DNA of 43,072 nt from assembly GCA_000697335.1 (NCBI GenBank), contig JNEM01010509.1:1-43072 (forward strand), given 5' to 3'. This DNA comes from Conidiobolus incongruus B7586 (Eukaryota). Each line of letters starts with the position of its first letter. Position 1 is the first letter of the stretch. Position numbers and translations under genes: made by a program. Positions 25,601 to 40,072 of the stretch are shown piece by piece. The notes under the pieces were generated by a model. It searched no databases. It had not been told where the DNA came from and saw only the letters and a list, made by a program, of their open reading frames with translations.

Positions 25601-26047
25601 TTCATTATTGGTCATTTTGTTCGAAAACAGATTGAAGAATGGAGGGAAGCAAGAACTAAAGTTTTGCAAAGTAAAAAAGAGTTCCTCGAAAAAAAGATAA
25701 ATCAATTACAGAGCGACCAAAGTAGTCAAAATGGTTCAAATTATGAAAGTACTCACCGCAGTACATTTATCAATTTACCTTCTCAAGAGGAAACCCAGCT
25801 TCGCAGACAGCTTAAAATGGTTAATAAGGCTTTGGAGGATGTTAGGTATGCAATTCCAAGCAGATTCCGTCGTAAGAGCCATTTAGCCTCCATACAATCA
25901 CCAGTTCTCAGCCCATTGGTCACACCTATTAACTTCGATGAAGAGTTTAATTTTGATAAAGATGAATTTAGTTTGAATGCAAGCTCTATTTCTCCTAAAG
26001 AATCTTTTGAACTAAAAATGACCAAAATTCATAATGATTCCCCTTGA
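22616..26047 (+). CDS. Uncharacterised ~860-aa protein; N-terminal hydrophobic anchor and C-terminal domain with a GDH...NC putative catalytic dyad
   Basis: 16 exons traced by hand with 15 canonical GT-AG introns, all in frame from ATG 22616 (MNWIWTITFTIIAWSLFVFRR) to TGA 26047. ORFs 24810-25196, 25297-25635 and 25664-26047 are the last exons. The gene model is well supported; the function is not. Confidence 0.82.
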
Positions 26048-26395
26048 ATATGATTATTATAAAATATATCAAAATAATAACCCCCAAATTACACTCATAT
26101 TGTGAATAAATACCCTATTGTATGATTCAGTTTGGATTTCTTCTAATTCATAGTTTATTATATCAAATAAATTGATCAAATATATCCATCTTCCAAATTC
26201 AAATATTTGATTCTAATGTAGTTTTTCAGGAGTAGGATATTTGAATTAGTTGTTATATTACAGCTATTAATAAATGAATTATAATATATTTAATCTTGGA
26301 AATGGAGAGTAAAATAAAAAATAAATGATATAATTAATAACTAATGTAATTAATAAATTATAAATTTTTATTTAATAACAATATTTTGATTACAA

Positions 26396-26469
26396 GCTCG
26401 CACGGTACAGCTGATTAGAGCGTGGTGTTAGTACCACCAGAATGAAATGTTGGATTCCTGATGAGAGTA
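26396..26469 (+). pseudogene. Degenerate tRNA gene, anticodon AGT (Thr) in an Ile-like anticodon arm
   Basis: 74 nt. Acceptor GCTCGCA/TGAGAGT (one mismatch, one G-T); perfect anticodon stem TGGTG/CACCA with 7-nt loop TTAGTAC; degenerate A box and B box (GTTGGATTCC); T stem does not pair; followed by TTTTT. Confidence 0.7.
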
Positions 26470-26651
26470 TTTTTGGATTTTGAATTTTTCAAACTAATTA
26501 CGATCATTATACTCAAGTTCAATATCATTTAATACTATTACAGGTGATGATTTTTATGAAAATGTGAAGTATTTGATTGAAAATTGATAAAATGTATAAT
26601 TATAATTAAAATTGAGCTATATTATTACATTAATCCAAATTTGATTCAAAT

Positions 26652-26999
26652 TCATTCATTCTTAGTTTGATCAGAACTACCAGATTCAATAGCGATAGGT
26701 TTCTTTTCGAGATAAGGTTTAGGAGCCAAAATCAAAGAACCCAAAGCCATACCAATAATTGTCATCCCTTGGAAAGCTACACGATAGCGTAACCATTCAA
26801 CACCTTTCTTTTTATTTCCCTTTCTCAAATTAATATATGCACCAGTAAATGCTCCAACAGTTAATAAACATCCTAAACCATCTTAATATTTATTTTTAAC
26901 ATAAATATTTCTATATTTACCAATGGGTATCCAAGGTTGTTGAACACTTTTTTGATAAATACGATCCCAACCAGAATGATATTCTCTTTTAGTAGACAT
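26652..26999 (-). CDS. RCF1: HIG1-domain mitochondrial protein (Rcf1/HIGD-like), 99 aa
   Basis: Exons 26999-26921 and 26872-26652 give MSTKREYHSGWDRIYQKSVQQPWIPIGCLLTVGAFTGAYINLRKGNKKKGVEWLRYRVAFQGMTII. The PxxPIG and RxRVxxQ motifs define HIG1. Absent from the ORF track. Confidence 0.85.
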
Positions 27000-29070
27000 A
27001 ATCAATATATAAAAAACTTCTAATAATTAAATAAGTATACTACGATATTATAAAGATTATTCATTTTAAATAAAATTCAATTAAAAACCTTGTAAAACTG
27101 ATATTAAAGTATTATTTTAGGTATCAAAATTTGCTTACATTACTTGTATGCTATAATTAAATGATATTGGTGTGACGTTTTATAGTATAATCTTGCAACT
27201 ACAATTAGATCGTATTTCAATTTATAATTTGATCTCCAATTCTTCTTTTATTAGTATTATGGGATCCAATTATGATTCAGATTATTAAATAAATTCAACC
27301 TTGGTTAATTTAAAGATCAAAATATTGAAATACTATATTATCGTCATATATAAAAATTTTATTATATTATACATCATAATACATAAATTAAATTAATCAT
27401 TAAATGATAACTTTAAATATTGATTAAATTTAACACTTGAATATGAATTAAGTTAGAAAATATTTCCCTAATCTCACAAGTTGTAGACTGGGAATTGATT
27501 AAAAATACTCCCTTATTCTTATAGAAATTTAAACTATATTACTATTTGAAAAAATCATCTTGAATATTCTAGTTATATTTATTGAAATGTATATAGCACT
27601 CTAATAATATACTTACTAATTCCTAAAAATATACTATATATATATATATATATATTTTTAACCTTGATGAAATTTTTTACCAGAACTAAATTTATGTGTA
27701 ATTATAACTGAGTGAAATAAAAATATAGTCTTACAAACAATGTAATTTTTAAATATTGCAATTTATATTAATTATTATAATATATTTTCTAATATTTTAA
27801 TTTTATTCCATTCTAAATAAAATAAATTTCAGTAGTTTTAATATTTTATACCAAATTAAACATATTTAATCATTTGATAAATAAATTGTTTTTATTATCA
27901 TATTAAAAATTGAATTAATCCTCAGCTAATTAACATTAATTTGCAATTCAAAGTAAATATTTTATAAATAATTTGCTATCATTGTTATCACATTAATTAA
28001 TTAATTAATGAATATTTGATATTATTGTATATAATTACAGTTTAAAATATTAAATTAAATCATTAATTACAATAAAATTCTTTTGAATCACAGTGGCTTT
28101 TATTTATCTATCAACTGAGGTTTCTTATAAGATGATAGATTTGAAAAACTAAAAAAAATTATATATTTTTAATTTTAAATTATGAAATATCTACAATGAA
28201 TGTAGTTATTCTTATATATTAATGAACTCATTTGATATTTAACAAAAATCCAGGTGAAAATATTGAGATATTGGAGTTGAATAATAATTAAATTATTGTA
28301 AATGATTTATTTGAAAGTCGAATACTAGTTAAAATATTGTTTACAATTATTAATTCAATTGGTATATGATCCTTGTTAGATATATAATGATTTATGTTGT
28401 CCACATATAGCTTTATATCTTGCATTTTTAACTGATTATTTAGTCATCTGTTCAGAATAATAACTGGAATTTATTATTATATTAGTGATAGATGTAATAT
28501 TGAAAATAGTACTTTTTATGATGTATTAATGATATTGAATAAAAAGAATAACTGATATTTTTATGATATCAATTACCCGAAACATCTTTTACTCTGTCCA
28601 GGTTTTAGGTTTAAACTTACTTGGTCTGCTATTTAAAATCTGTTCATAAAATATTGGTTTATAAGGATGAATTGATTTATAAATAATTTTGGTATTGCAT
28701 AGAATTTTTTTATATAATTTCAAAATTCAATTTTTTGAAATATGTTCTGTAAAATCAAAATTTTATGGTTAGACTGCATATTGAATAGAAAAAGCATGAT
28801 TAAACCAAAAACCTTAACAGGGTAAAATGAGTGTTTACCAGAAAAATTGTGTCTATTTATTAAATATATAAAAATAACAACTTTGAATATTAATTTATGT
28901 ATATATTGAATAAACAGTTATAAATGAATAATATTTGATCATAATGATTAAAATATATTTTATATTAACTGAACATGATCATTTTATAAGCATAAAATTA
29001 TCATTATAAATTTAATATTAAATCATTAAATTAAAAAATAACTGACTTGTTTATTACATTTCTCAAGGTC

Positions 29071-29131
29071 ATTGGATGAAATAACCAATTAGAATTATGT
29101 GAGTTTAATGTCCAATAAATTTGTCTTACGT
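29071..29131 (+). promoter_or_regulatory. CCAAT cluster with an ERSE-like element upstream of PDI
   Basis: ATTGG (~29071), CCAAT (~29085) and CCAAT-N9-TTACGT (29112-29131), followed by TATATA at ~29148. Confidence 0.35.
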
Positions 29132-29212
29132 TGTAAATTTGAATTAGTATATATAGTTAAGGTATTCATCTAGCGTGTTTAATTGTTGACATTATATAAG
29201 ATAATATCAATA

Positions 29213-30523
<1,311 letters not shown>

Positions 30524-33500
30524 TTCAAATTACAATACCCATTAAACTATTTCTTTAAAATTATTTCTGAGCTCTTTTGATATCATTGTTTTTAAAATAA
30601 CTGATTTAACTATAATATATTTTTAAGTAAAAAAATGTCTGATAGATTTCATTATCTATAAATAATGATTAAAATTCATCAACAACTTTCTAAAACAATA
30701 GTCATTCCTAATTATCATTGTTATTTTTATGATTGCTTTTTAGATTAGCTGCAATTATAATATGAATATCGAATATCACATTATATGAATTATAATGAAA
30801 AATAAAATACTCTAATGAAATTCTGTATCAATTGTTATAAATATTGTGATCATTAATCATTGTCTTATTCCAAAGGTTTTTCTAACTATAAAAGATGATT
30901 TTGCATTAGTTTGGGATATCAATTGGGTATATGTTTGATCAAAAATTAAAAAAAAACAAGATGATAAATTGATATTTGATATATTTGTAATAAAGTATAT
31001 AATATCAATTAATTGATAATAGTATTATATATAAACACATTATAACATTTAATTATATAAATTTCTTTCAATTATATTCATTAAAATAAATTTTGAAAAT
31101 TCATTAACTAGTATATAATTTAAATTGTATTGTATATTTTTTGATTGTGTTATACATTAATAATTGGTAATTATATAATTGTATATTAGGTATTTTTGGT
31201 TATTTATACATATATAAATTAAACCTTTTGTAATGATCAAAATATCTTAACAACAATTAGATTACTTGAGTTTCAAATTTGTGAAATTATAAATTGATAT
31301 AATAGTTAAAATTTATAATGATATATATTTTCAAAATCATAAATTTACCTTAATATATTTATAAACCAAAAAAATAAGCTTGAATTCAGAGCAGTATAAA
31401 ATTGTCAAATTCTAACTCATGTTTAAACAATAATTATATTTACATTAGAAATTATAATTAAAAATATCTAATAAAATTCTAAAATTATTTCAGCATTTGA
31501 TATTAATTAGTAGTAATTTTAAATGAAATATTCGATTATTATACGATATAATGCAAGTAATCAATTTCAAGTCCACCATTGATCCTCCTAAAAAATTGAG
31601 ACTATTTAATAAAATTATGCAATCAAATAAAATTTTAAATTAATAGCATTTTTTTTAATCCAATTAAATATAATAATGACTAAATTCATCTAAAATTTTG
31701 CAAATTATAGGCTTGATCCAATAACGTTATAATCATCAACTCTAAATTTAAACTCAGTTTAATAATTCAGTCTAATGTTAATTTTTTTAAGATATATAAT
31801 ATAAAATGTAATAAACACTTTAATATTACTAATATTATTGATAGTGAATATATTTATGAATATAATATATTTTATAATATTCATCTAAATCAATTGATAA
31901 ACTTAGCATCTATTGATAATATTTGCATAAAGTAAAAAATAATACCGAAGATAAATTGATTCATAATAATAGTATCAATATCAACCACCAAAACACAATT
32001 CAATCCATTAAACTAAACTATGCAATCCATTTCATCTGAAATATTGAGGTAATCCAAACTTATCCATTCCTAAAAAATCTTATTCGTCAAAAATCTTATT
32101 CTGATTCAAATTGATTTTCTTTACTCGAATCGAATCCATTTTCAAATACCTAAAAAATTCAATTTCTATAATTGTTAATTAATTAATTTGAACTATGATT
32201 AATGGTACTTGATTAAATAAAAATTACTCATTTCTTGTAAATCACCATTATATTTGTTTCAAATCCTTTATAATCACAAGCTAAATATATTATGTATATT
32301 AAATCAATATTTTAAACTGTTCTCAATATATATATATATATATATATTAACATCTTCGAATAATTATAGTATCAAAATTTGTCTAAAAATGTGATAATTG
32401 ATGGTTTACCAAATTTAGTAAAGACTGATAATTGTCCGCATTATAAACACATTTGTTTCAACAAATTTCAATCTGAATAATCCAAATTTTTTTAAACCTA
32501 TATAATGATATTAAATATTTTCTTAAAATGATTTATAATTTATATAAAAATACATTAGTTTATAATTTTGATCATTGAAATATTGATTATAATCATAACT
32601 TGATAAATCTAATGACTATTAACTAAACCTAAGTCATATTAATATTAAGGATTGACTAAATTTATCTAATAATTCTATTTATAGAAATTAATAGGAATAT
32701 CAAATTTTAAAAAGTTTCATTTTTATTGATTATTTTAGAAAGATAAAATAGTTGATAACTGAAATGATAATTATTCATTTAAGTTAATATTCATTTTTAT
32801 TTAATTTAAATCCAAAAATAATTTCAAAATATGTTAGATAAAAAGAACGTGAGTATAATAAAATATTAACAATAATGATATTTAATGACATAATAATATA
32901 ATAATTGAGATATAAAATAAAAAAATGGACTCTAATCTCTAACAAATTAACCTAGAATTATTGGTTAAAAATCTTAAGTATCCGATTAAAATTTTGCTGA
33001 ATTGATCACCTTAAATTGATTTTAATAAAGTATGAACCCATTCCATTTTAAATGGTCATTATTTTTATAAATTTTACCCTTATTAACCAATTAGATGTTA
33101 AACTCTTATCAAAACCCTAGTTTTTAAAATGATTTGATCATTTGCTAATCATGACATCAATCAATTTTTTATTGTATAAGTTATAAAATTAAAGTTAATT
33201 TTATATTAAAATTGAATAAAAAAACTTGGTATTATATATAAAGTTTAATAAAGATAGATGAATTTGGGTTTATTCATTTGTTAAAGTGAAAATGAATAAT
33301 ATTGATATTAATTTAAAGTTAATAAAAAAAATCGTCATTGGACATCATTTTCAAACCAAATAACTTGAAAAATTAAAACACCAAATAATCGGATAAATTT
33401 TCGATTTGATTGAATAATTGCTTATTCTGCTCCAAGGATGTAAGTAAACAAGGTGATGATACATGATATTGGTTCTTCGTTCAATCTAAAAATATTCCAT

Positions 33501-34322
33501 TATTAGTTTTTAGTTTCGTAATGCTTATCAATACATCATTGATTGTTCTGTCAACCTTCGCAATTTTTATCAAGAGAAACCAGATCAGAATGAAGCGAAT
33601 GCAATATATGTTCACCTTATACCTCACATTTCAAATTATTTCACTTTATTTCTTTCACTCCTATTACCCCCCCCCCTCCCTTTTTTTGAGTTGAATATTA
33701 CCCTAAATATACTAGAAATAACAAATAATAATGTACGATTCACCCATGTTATAAGAAAATATTAAATATTTATATTGAAATATACAATAAATTTATGATT
33801 ACTAATAATGATATAATTATTTATTTTGGGAATATTTAATTTTTGGAGATTAAAGATATACACAAAGTAGAGTATCGAATGTTATTATATCAAGATACCT
33901 TGATATAATTGACTTTAATCTAGTGAAACATTTAAAATTATCTTTTTGGTACAGAGGGATAAGACCCCAATGATTGTTAAATCTTGTGTAGAAGAGACAC
34001 TTGGTAATTAATTTGTAATGCTTATATAAATTGATACAGAGATCAATTTAAAAGAAGTCCAAGTTATCAGAGGAATAATACATGATATAAAAATAGAATG
34101 AAAGATTGAAATATGTTCGTTAAAATAACCAGTATCCAGCGTGAAATCAACATACAGTAATAGTAAGGATTGGGGTAATTATATATGTTGTGGATATTAA
34201 AAGTACAAAATAAGAAATGCTTGAGAAGCTTCAGCAGTAGGAAGCTAAGGTAAATTATAAATCGAAACCTCGCCAATCCACCGAATATACTCTTGAAAAA
34301 CACTTTCAGCCACTCAATGTTT

Positions 34323-35468
34323 TTATAAAACGGGTGGAGAACGATTGGAAAATTCGTCGAGGGTGATATGATCAAAGAAGCTGGATTGTGGCTTGGCCCA
34401 TCCGAAGGAACTGAAGTGTGATCCGTATGACACGGGGCTACAGCCAAATGAGCCAGCTGAGGTTGGACTGGAGCTATATGGCAAGAAGGGAGAAGAGGTA
34501 TATTGTTGTGTTTGGTTTTGTGGAGTGGGGACAATTTCGTTAGGGGTCGTAACGGGTGTAGGAGCATTGAACATGGAGCAAGTATCAAGTTTGACACTTC
34601 GTCCAAATCCAGGAGTGGAGCGAGTACTGAATGAGGATTTGAAGTCATAACGGGCATGAAAAGGACTTTTGTTCGAAATATAATCTGGAGATGATTCGAG
34701 GGAATTTTCAAAAGAAGTTTTACGAGTAATAGGAATAGGAACAGTGACCACATCAGGATCCACTTGAACTTCGGGACTGATATCAGCACAATAATCTCGG
34801 TGATTATTGTTATCCCAATGATCAACTCCATTGACAGTGTACTTGATAGCAAACTTCAATTGATGCTTAGCAGTTGGATCTTCACTATGTCTGTACTCTT
34901 CAGGAATGCTGAGACAGAATTCAAACTGGTCCTGATCCAATTGATCTGGATATGTACGAGGATGAGAGCGAATATAGTGGGCATCAATATGTGAGAATGA
35001 ACCCCAGCTATCAAGAGAATATCTGACAACAACATTCTTTTCAAATCCATAATTCTGAACGCGAATGATCCCAAAAATACAATAACTCTCTTTATCCAAG
35101 CGAAGAGATTCCAAAACAAGAGCCTTGTCATTAGGAAGAGATCTATTGTTGGAAGGGAAGTTATTACACTTTAGAGACATAGGAGTAAAACCACTGACTG
35201 AGAGAGGGCATTTGGAATGATCAAAAGAGCGAACTCGAGTGAGCTGAGGGTTGAATTGAACCCTTCTATCTGTCTGCTTGGGCGAAGTAGCAGAGCGAAG
35301 AGCAGATTTGACGATTTCTCCTGACTTTTTGCGGATAATAGCAGGAGAGTTAAGAGAAATAGACATTTTAATATCATTTGCTGTAGTAGAAGCTTTTGGA
35401 GAGACTCCTAATTGCTTTGATAGAAGAGAAGGGCGATAAGAAGTCTGAGTAGTGAAGGTTGAGCTCAT
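34323..35468 (-). CDS. PP1 glycogen-targeting regulatory subunit with CBM21 domain (Gac1/PPP1R3-like)
   Basis: Intronless 381 aa. RKKSGEIVKSALR and the RVxF motif RRVQF; CBM21 signatures GIIRVQNYGFEKNVVVRYSLDSW and FAIKYTVNGVDHWDNNNHRDY. Confidence 0.92.
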   Translation of the reverse strand: MSSTFTTQTSYRPSLLSKQLGVSPKASTTANDIKMSISLNSPAIIRKKSGEIVKSALRSATSPKQTDRRVQFNPQLTRVRSFDHSKCPLSVSGFTPMSLKCNNFPSNNRSLPNDKALVLESLRLDKESYCIFGIIRVQNYGFEKNVVVRYSLDSWGSFSHIDAHYIRSHPRTYPDQLDQDQFEFCLSIPEEYRHSEDPTAKHQLKFAIKYTVNGVDHWDNNNHRDYCADISPEVQVDPDVVTVPIPITRKTSFENSLESSPDYISNKSPFHARYDFKSSFSTRSTPGFGRSVKLDTCSMFNAPTPVTTPNEIVPTPQNQTQQYTSSPFLPYSSSPTSAGSFGCSPVSYGSHFSSFGWAKPQSSFFDHITLDEFSNRSPPVL

Positions 35469-38400
35469 TTCGACCAGGTGAAATTTGAATATGGATTAGT
35501 GAAGAGAAATATATAATACAAGGGAGAAGAGAAAAGAGATACTTTGGTTTTTGTTATTGAATATCTGTTTACCAAGAAACAGAATTGAATTCTTTGGATT
35601 GGAAAGAGATAATAATCTCAATCAATGCGATGCAACAAGGGGCTATTTATACCCAAATATATTGTTCAAATAATTCATATTTTGCCAACCCAACAATCAA
35701 GATTTCTTTCCACCCTTCAAATCAAATCTAATTCGATTCCACTAGATAAGTAAAGTGAGGAGAATCTATTTGATAATAACTCATATATTATTAATTTGGT
35801 ATAAGAAAGTAATGAAACTGGGTATTTATCTGATACATCAAAACTATTTGATCAACTCCACCCAATTAAGAAATCGAATCGAATTCTCCTCATTCGAATC
35901 ACCCCCCTGAGTCATGTCTTTATCTATATCCCCAACACACTCGCAGGAAACATAACTTGAAACGTTTATCAATTGTAAGTTAAAGATAAAGGGTTAATTC
36001 AATTTAGTCATATCTATTTAATCAGTTAAATTCTTTCAAATATTATTGATGAAACTCTTAGTTACATTCTGCAGCACTGCTCTACACCTGTCTCTCGTTG
36101 CTTATCAAAGTATCTGGTTACCAAATACAAGAGATAGTAATTAACATCCCTCTACTTGAAATACTCCTTTTATTTTAAATTTGTTTTAACGATACTATAA
36201 ACTATACAAAACACAAATTTTGAATTTTGGAATCTTCTCAATGAAGACTGCTAATAACGTGATCTGAAGATAACAGAACTAATCATTCTCAAAAAATTAA
36301 CAAATCAGGAAATCAAGAAATTTGTATGAATTTTGTGTGGAATATCAGATTCCCTAATTAGGACATATCATAATCAAGAATAGGAATTTTTTTATTGGTT
36401 TCACAAACGATAAGCAAAACTTAAATTGATCTATTCTAACCCAAAGTGAACAAACCAAATTAGCTCCAATTCATAGATAAACTTTGTATCTATTTAGCAA
36501 CAATCAGATGGACTAATTAAATATATAAGGATTAGAATCAATAAGCTCAGATTATGATTTATCATTTCAATTAGCTTAATTCAAGGAGTTCTTTAGTATA
36601 TTATAGAACATCACAACAATGACATTAAGGGGCAAATTAATTAGCAGATTATTTAACTTAAACCCTATAGAGTGATTGATACAAATGATTGTGGTTTGTT
36701 CAAACTAGCTCAATTAACTGAATATGAACATGATTTGCCTAAAAACAATGATGAAAGATCCGAGCTGATTGATTGAAAAATACACTAGTAATACAGTCCT
36801 TAATATCTCAACATTGATTAACCCCTGCATCATTCATTAAAATCGTTTATCAAAACCAATTTGATATTGATCTCCTCACTTCATCATACTCCTATCAAAC
36901 TGTTTAATCGATAAACTCTATTTATGAATATGGAGAATAATTGTATTGAAGGCATTAATTAAGTTTAATATATTAATATATCATACTTTATGATATTTAT
37001 ATTAACTAATTAAATTTTAATACCATCCCTTTAATCACATTATCAACTCTAATAATAATAATTATTATTATTATTATAATATAATCCAATTGGGATCAAA
37101 CTAATAAAAATTATTAATGAATCAAATTATTTATAGCAAATAATATTTAATATTCAATATTAATTTTGATTGTTATGTAATTTGAATAAAATTCTAACTT
37201 TCGCTATTAATTGTTTAGTATAATTTGGAATGATTTCATATTATCTTATCATTCGAATATCTTTTATAATGTTGAGTGAAGAATAAAATAAATATACTTT
37301 TACCTGTTTTAGTATTAAGTTAACTCTTTGTTTAGTTTCCAATAATAGGTTAATATTATAACTTAGTCATATTTATTAAAAAAATCATATTAAAATCTGA
37401 TTAAAAATTTTATAAATAAAATAAATTCCCTTAATTAACACATTTCATATCAATAAAATCTTGATACTAAACAAATCCGATACTCATCAAATATTCCACT
37501 AATTGAACATATTTCAATATTCAATATTATTTAGTAATAAAAATAATAATGATTCAAATTACCTTAATAATATATATTATTATCTTATGAATTTCAAATC
37601 TATATCTGATATATTTCGAGATGAATTAATCCCTTACATTATTAATTTTCCAACTTGTAAAATATTATTCATCTATTAATTGATAAAAATATAATAATAA
37701 TAATAATAATAATTCATCAAATTAGTTAAAAATTAAATAATTATATTACTATTTATTTGTATAATTCTTAATTTTAAAAATGAATTTTTATTAAATTAAT
37801 TTAAATGTATTTATTTAATGCTAGGAACTGTATAATTTATAATTTAACAAAATTTTAATTAATTTTCAGTTCAAATTATTAGATTCTTATCAAATTTGAA
37901 TTACTAAATTAAGAATTAATTAATATTATCAAATAATTTGAATATGAAACAAATATTTTTACTTTTAATCTATGTATTTTCCACATAAACTTTTTCTTTT
38001 GAACCAAAATTCTGTTGTAATTATCTTTTTAGGAATATAAAAACCCGAATCTATACACTTATCTTATAAAGTAGTGAATTTATCAAAGGCAAATATTGAA
38101 ATGATTTTGATATGATATGGGAATTAGATATATATGTTATCATGTTATATTTTTTATATTTTAATGGATTTTATCAATTGATAATATAATAGTTATCAAT
38201 TATATTCAGATTTTGTCAATTCATAGTGGACTATCTTCTCAGCTATCTATTATTTTATCAAATATATTAAAATTTTATATTAATAATAATTATTATTATT
38301 ATTATCCTCATATATTTAACTAGGTTTAAATTTGTCATTTATCATAAATATTTTTTAAATTATTAATTTTAAACTTCAATTTGTAAAAAATAAAATATAT

Positions 38401-39764
38401 CAAACTAAAAATATTAAAAAAGAAAACTGTAACACTAATAAAATCCAAAATTTGATTCAGTAACTATACGTGCAACCTTATATACTAATTATACTTAATA
38501 TATTATTCTATATTTTATCACATTATCATTTTCAAGAAATGTCCCATTAGCAAATTCTCATTATGTCATACTATGCCTTATCTTTACTATTGGTTAATAT
38601 TAGATTTTTAAAAAAAAATTTCTGATACTTATCTAATGCTTTAGATAAGGATATGTTTAAAGATCATATTAATGGCTTAATGGCTTGAAACATTTCAAAA
38701 TATATGAAGATATCCTTTTATTATCAGATTGATTTTATTGATTTTTGAATGTTATTTTGAATATTAGTTACTAACAATTAGATTATTGAGATTAGCTTAA
38801 CTTAACAATTATTATTATTATTATTATTAAAATTTCGAATTAATATTTATGATAAATTGCGAAATAAAAAAAATAATTTAATTAGAATATTTTTGATAAA
38901 TTATTATTAATATTTGTTTCGGTAATATCTAAAAATAGTCCCACTATGTGAAATATTTTTTTCTCTGAGTAATACAAATTATAAAGAGTATTCAAATTTA
39001 ATAAATAATAAATAATATTTAAAACATTCTTTAGGAATATTGTATTATATTATAATATATTTCCTTCATTATAAATTTGTATTAATTACTTAATAGTTAC
39101 AAAATAAAGTTTGAATAATATTAAATTAAAATATTAATTATTCCAATCTCCAAGTGTATTTAACCATTACTTTTGTTAATATGAATCTAAGATTTAAATT
39201 AATCAAAGTTTTTTCATATGAAATTTAAATAATCAATTCTAATATTAATATTTAATATTGTATAAATTTTTATAGTGTTAATAACTTATTTTGATATTCA
39301 GTTATAACTTATAAATTATTAATTTAATTTAACTCAAAAATTAATGAAATTGATGATATAATCTAAGCATATAAGGATTTGGATATATAAAGAAAAATAA
39401 ATAAATAAAACATAATATTCAATATTTAATTGTATATTATAAATACAAATATATTCCATTTTCATAACTTTATTAATAATTTTTAATCTATATACTATAA
39501 TTATAGTATATTAATAAAATTTATCATTATTTGATAAAATACTATTCAACTTTTTTCATTATCATAATTTTCATATTATAAATCAATAGTATATTTTTTA
39601 AAATTATTGTTATAATTTTTTTTCTCAATTTCATTGTCAAATAATAAAATTTATATTTGGAAATTATATTTAAATCAAAATCGTTTAAAAATTTATAAAA
39701 AATTGAAAAATATAAAAGCCAGATAATATATATATTAATAAATATTAAATGTGAAGGTAGCTTT

Positions 39765-40072
39765 TTATCCTTGTCTTAAATACTTTGGTTTCCACACTAC
39801 ACTGAAAAATAATAAGGCTATCGAATCAAGCACAAGATCAACAACTCCATCATCAATTAATCAGCAAAATGAGCTACAAATTCTATGTTTGTTAGTATAA
39901 AAATAGTTCTCAGTTAATACATAATATAGATTCTAATCATTGTATCTTCTATAATATCCTTTTCTATAAATTACACAAGTTACTGAGAAGTTGCAATTAT
40001 GCGACAATTACTCTCAACAGAGTACTTAGTATAATTCTAATCCAAGTAAATCTCTATTTTGGAAAGTGACAT
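39765..40072 (-). pseudogene. Unidentified decayed spliced gene fragment
   Basis: ATG 40072 begins MSLSKIEIYLD*NYTKYSVESNCRIIATSQ*LV*FIEKDIIEDTMIRIYI, then an intron-like GT...TACTAAC...CATAG, then ICSSFC*LIDDGVVDLVLDSIALLFFSVVWKPKYLRQG*. Locally less AT-rich than its surroundings. Confidence 0.25.

Noticed and set aside
34067..34852. 261-aa minus-strand ORF, plus 34856-35131 and 35171-35377, overlapping the CBM21 gene
   Set aside because: Alternative frames of a real CDS with no recognisable motifs; most likely shadows.
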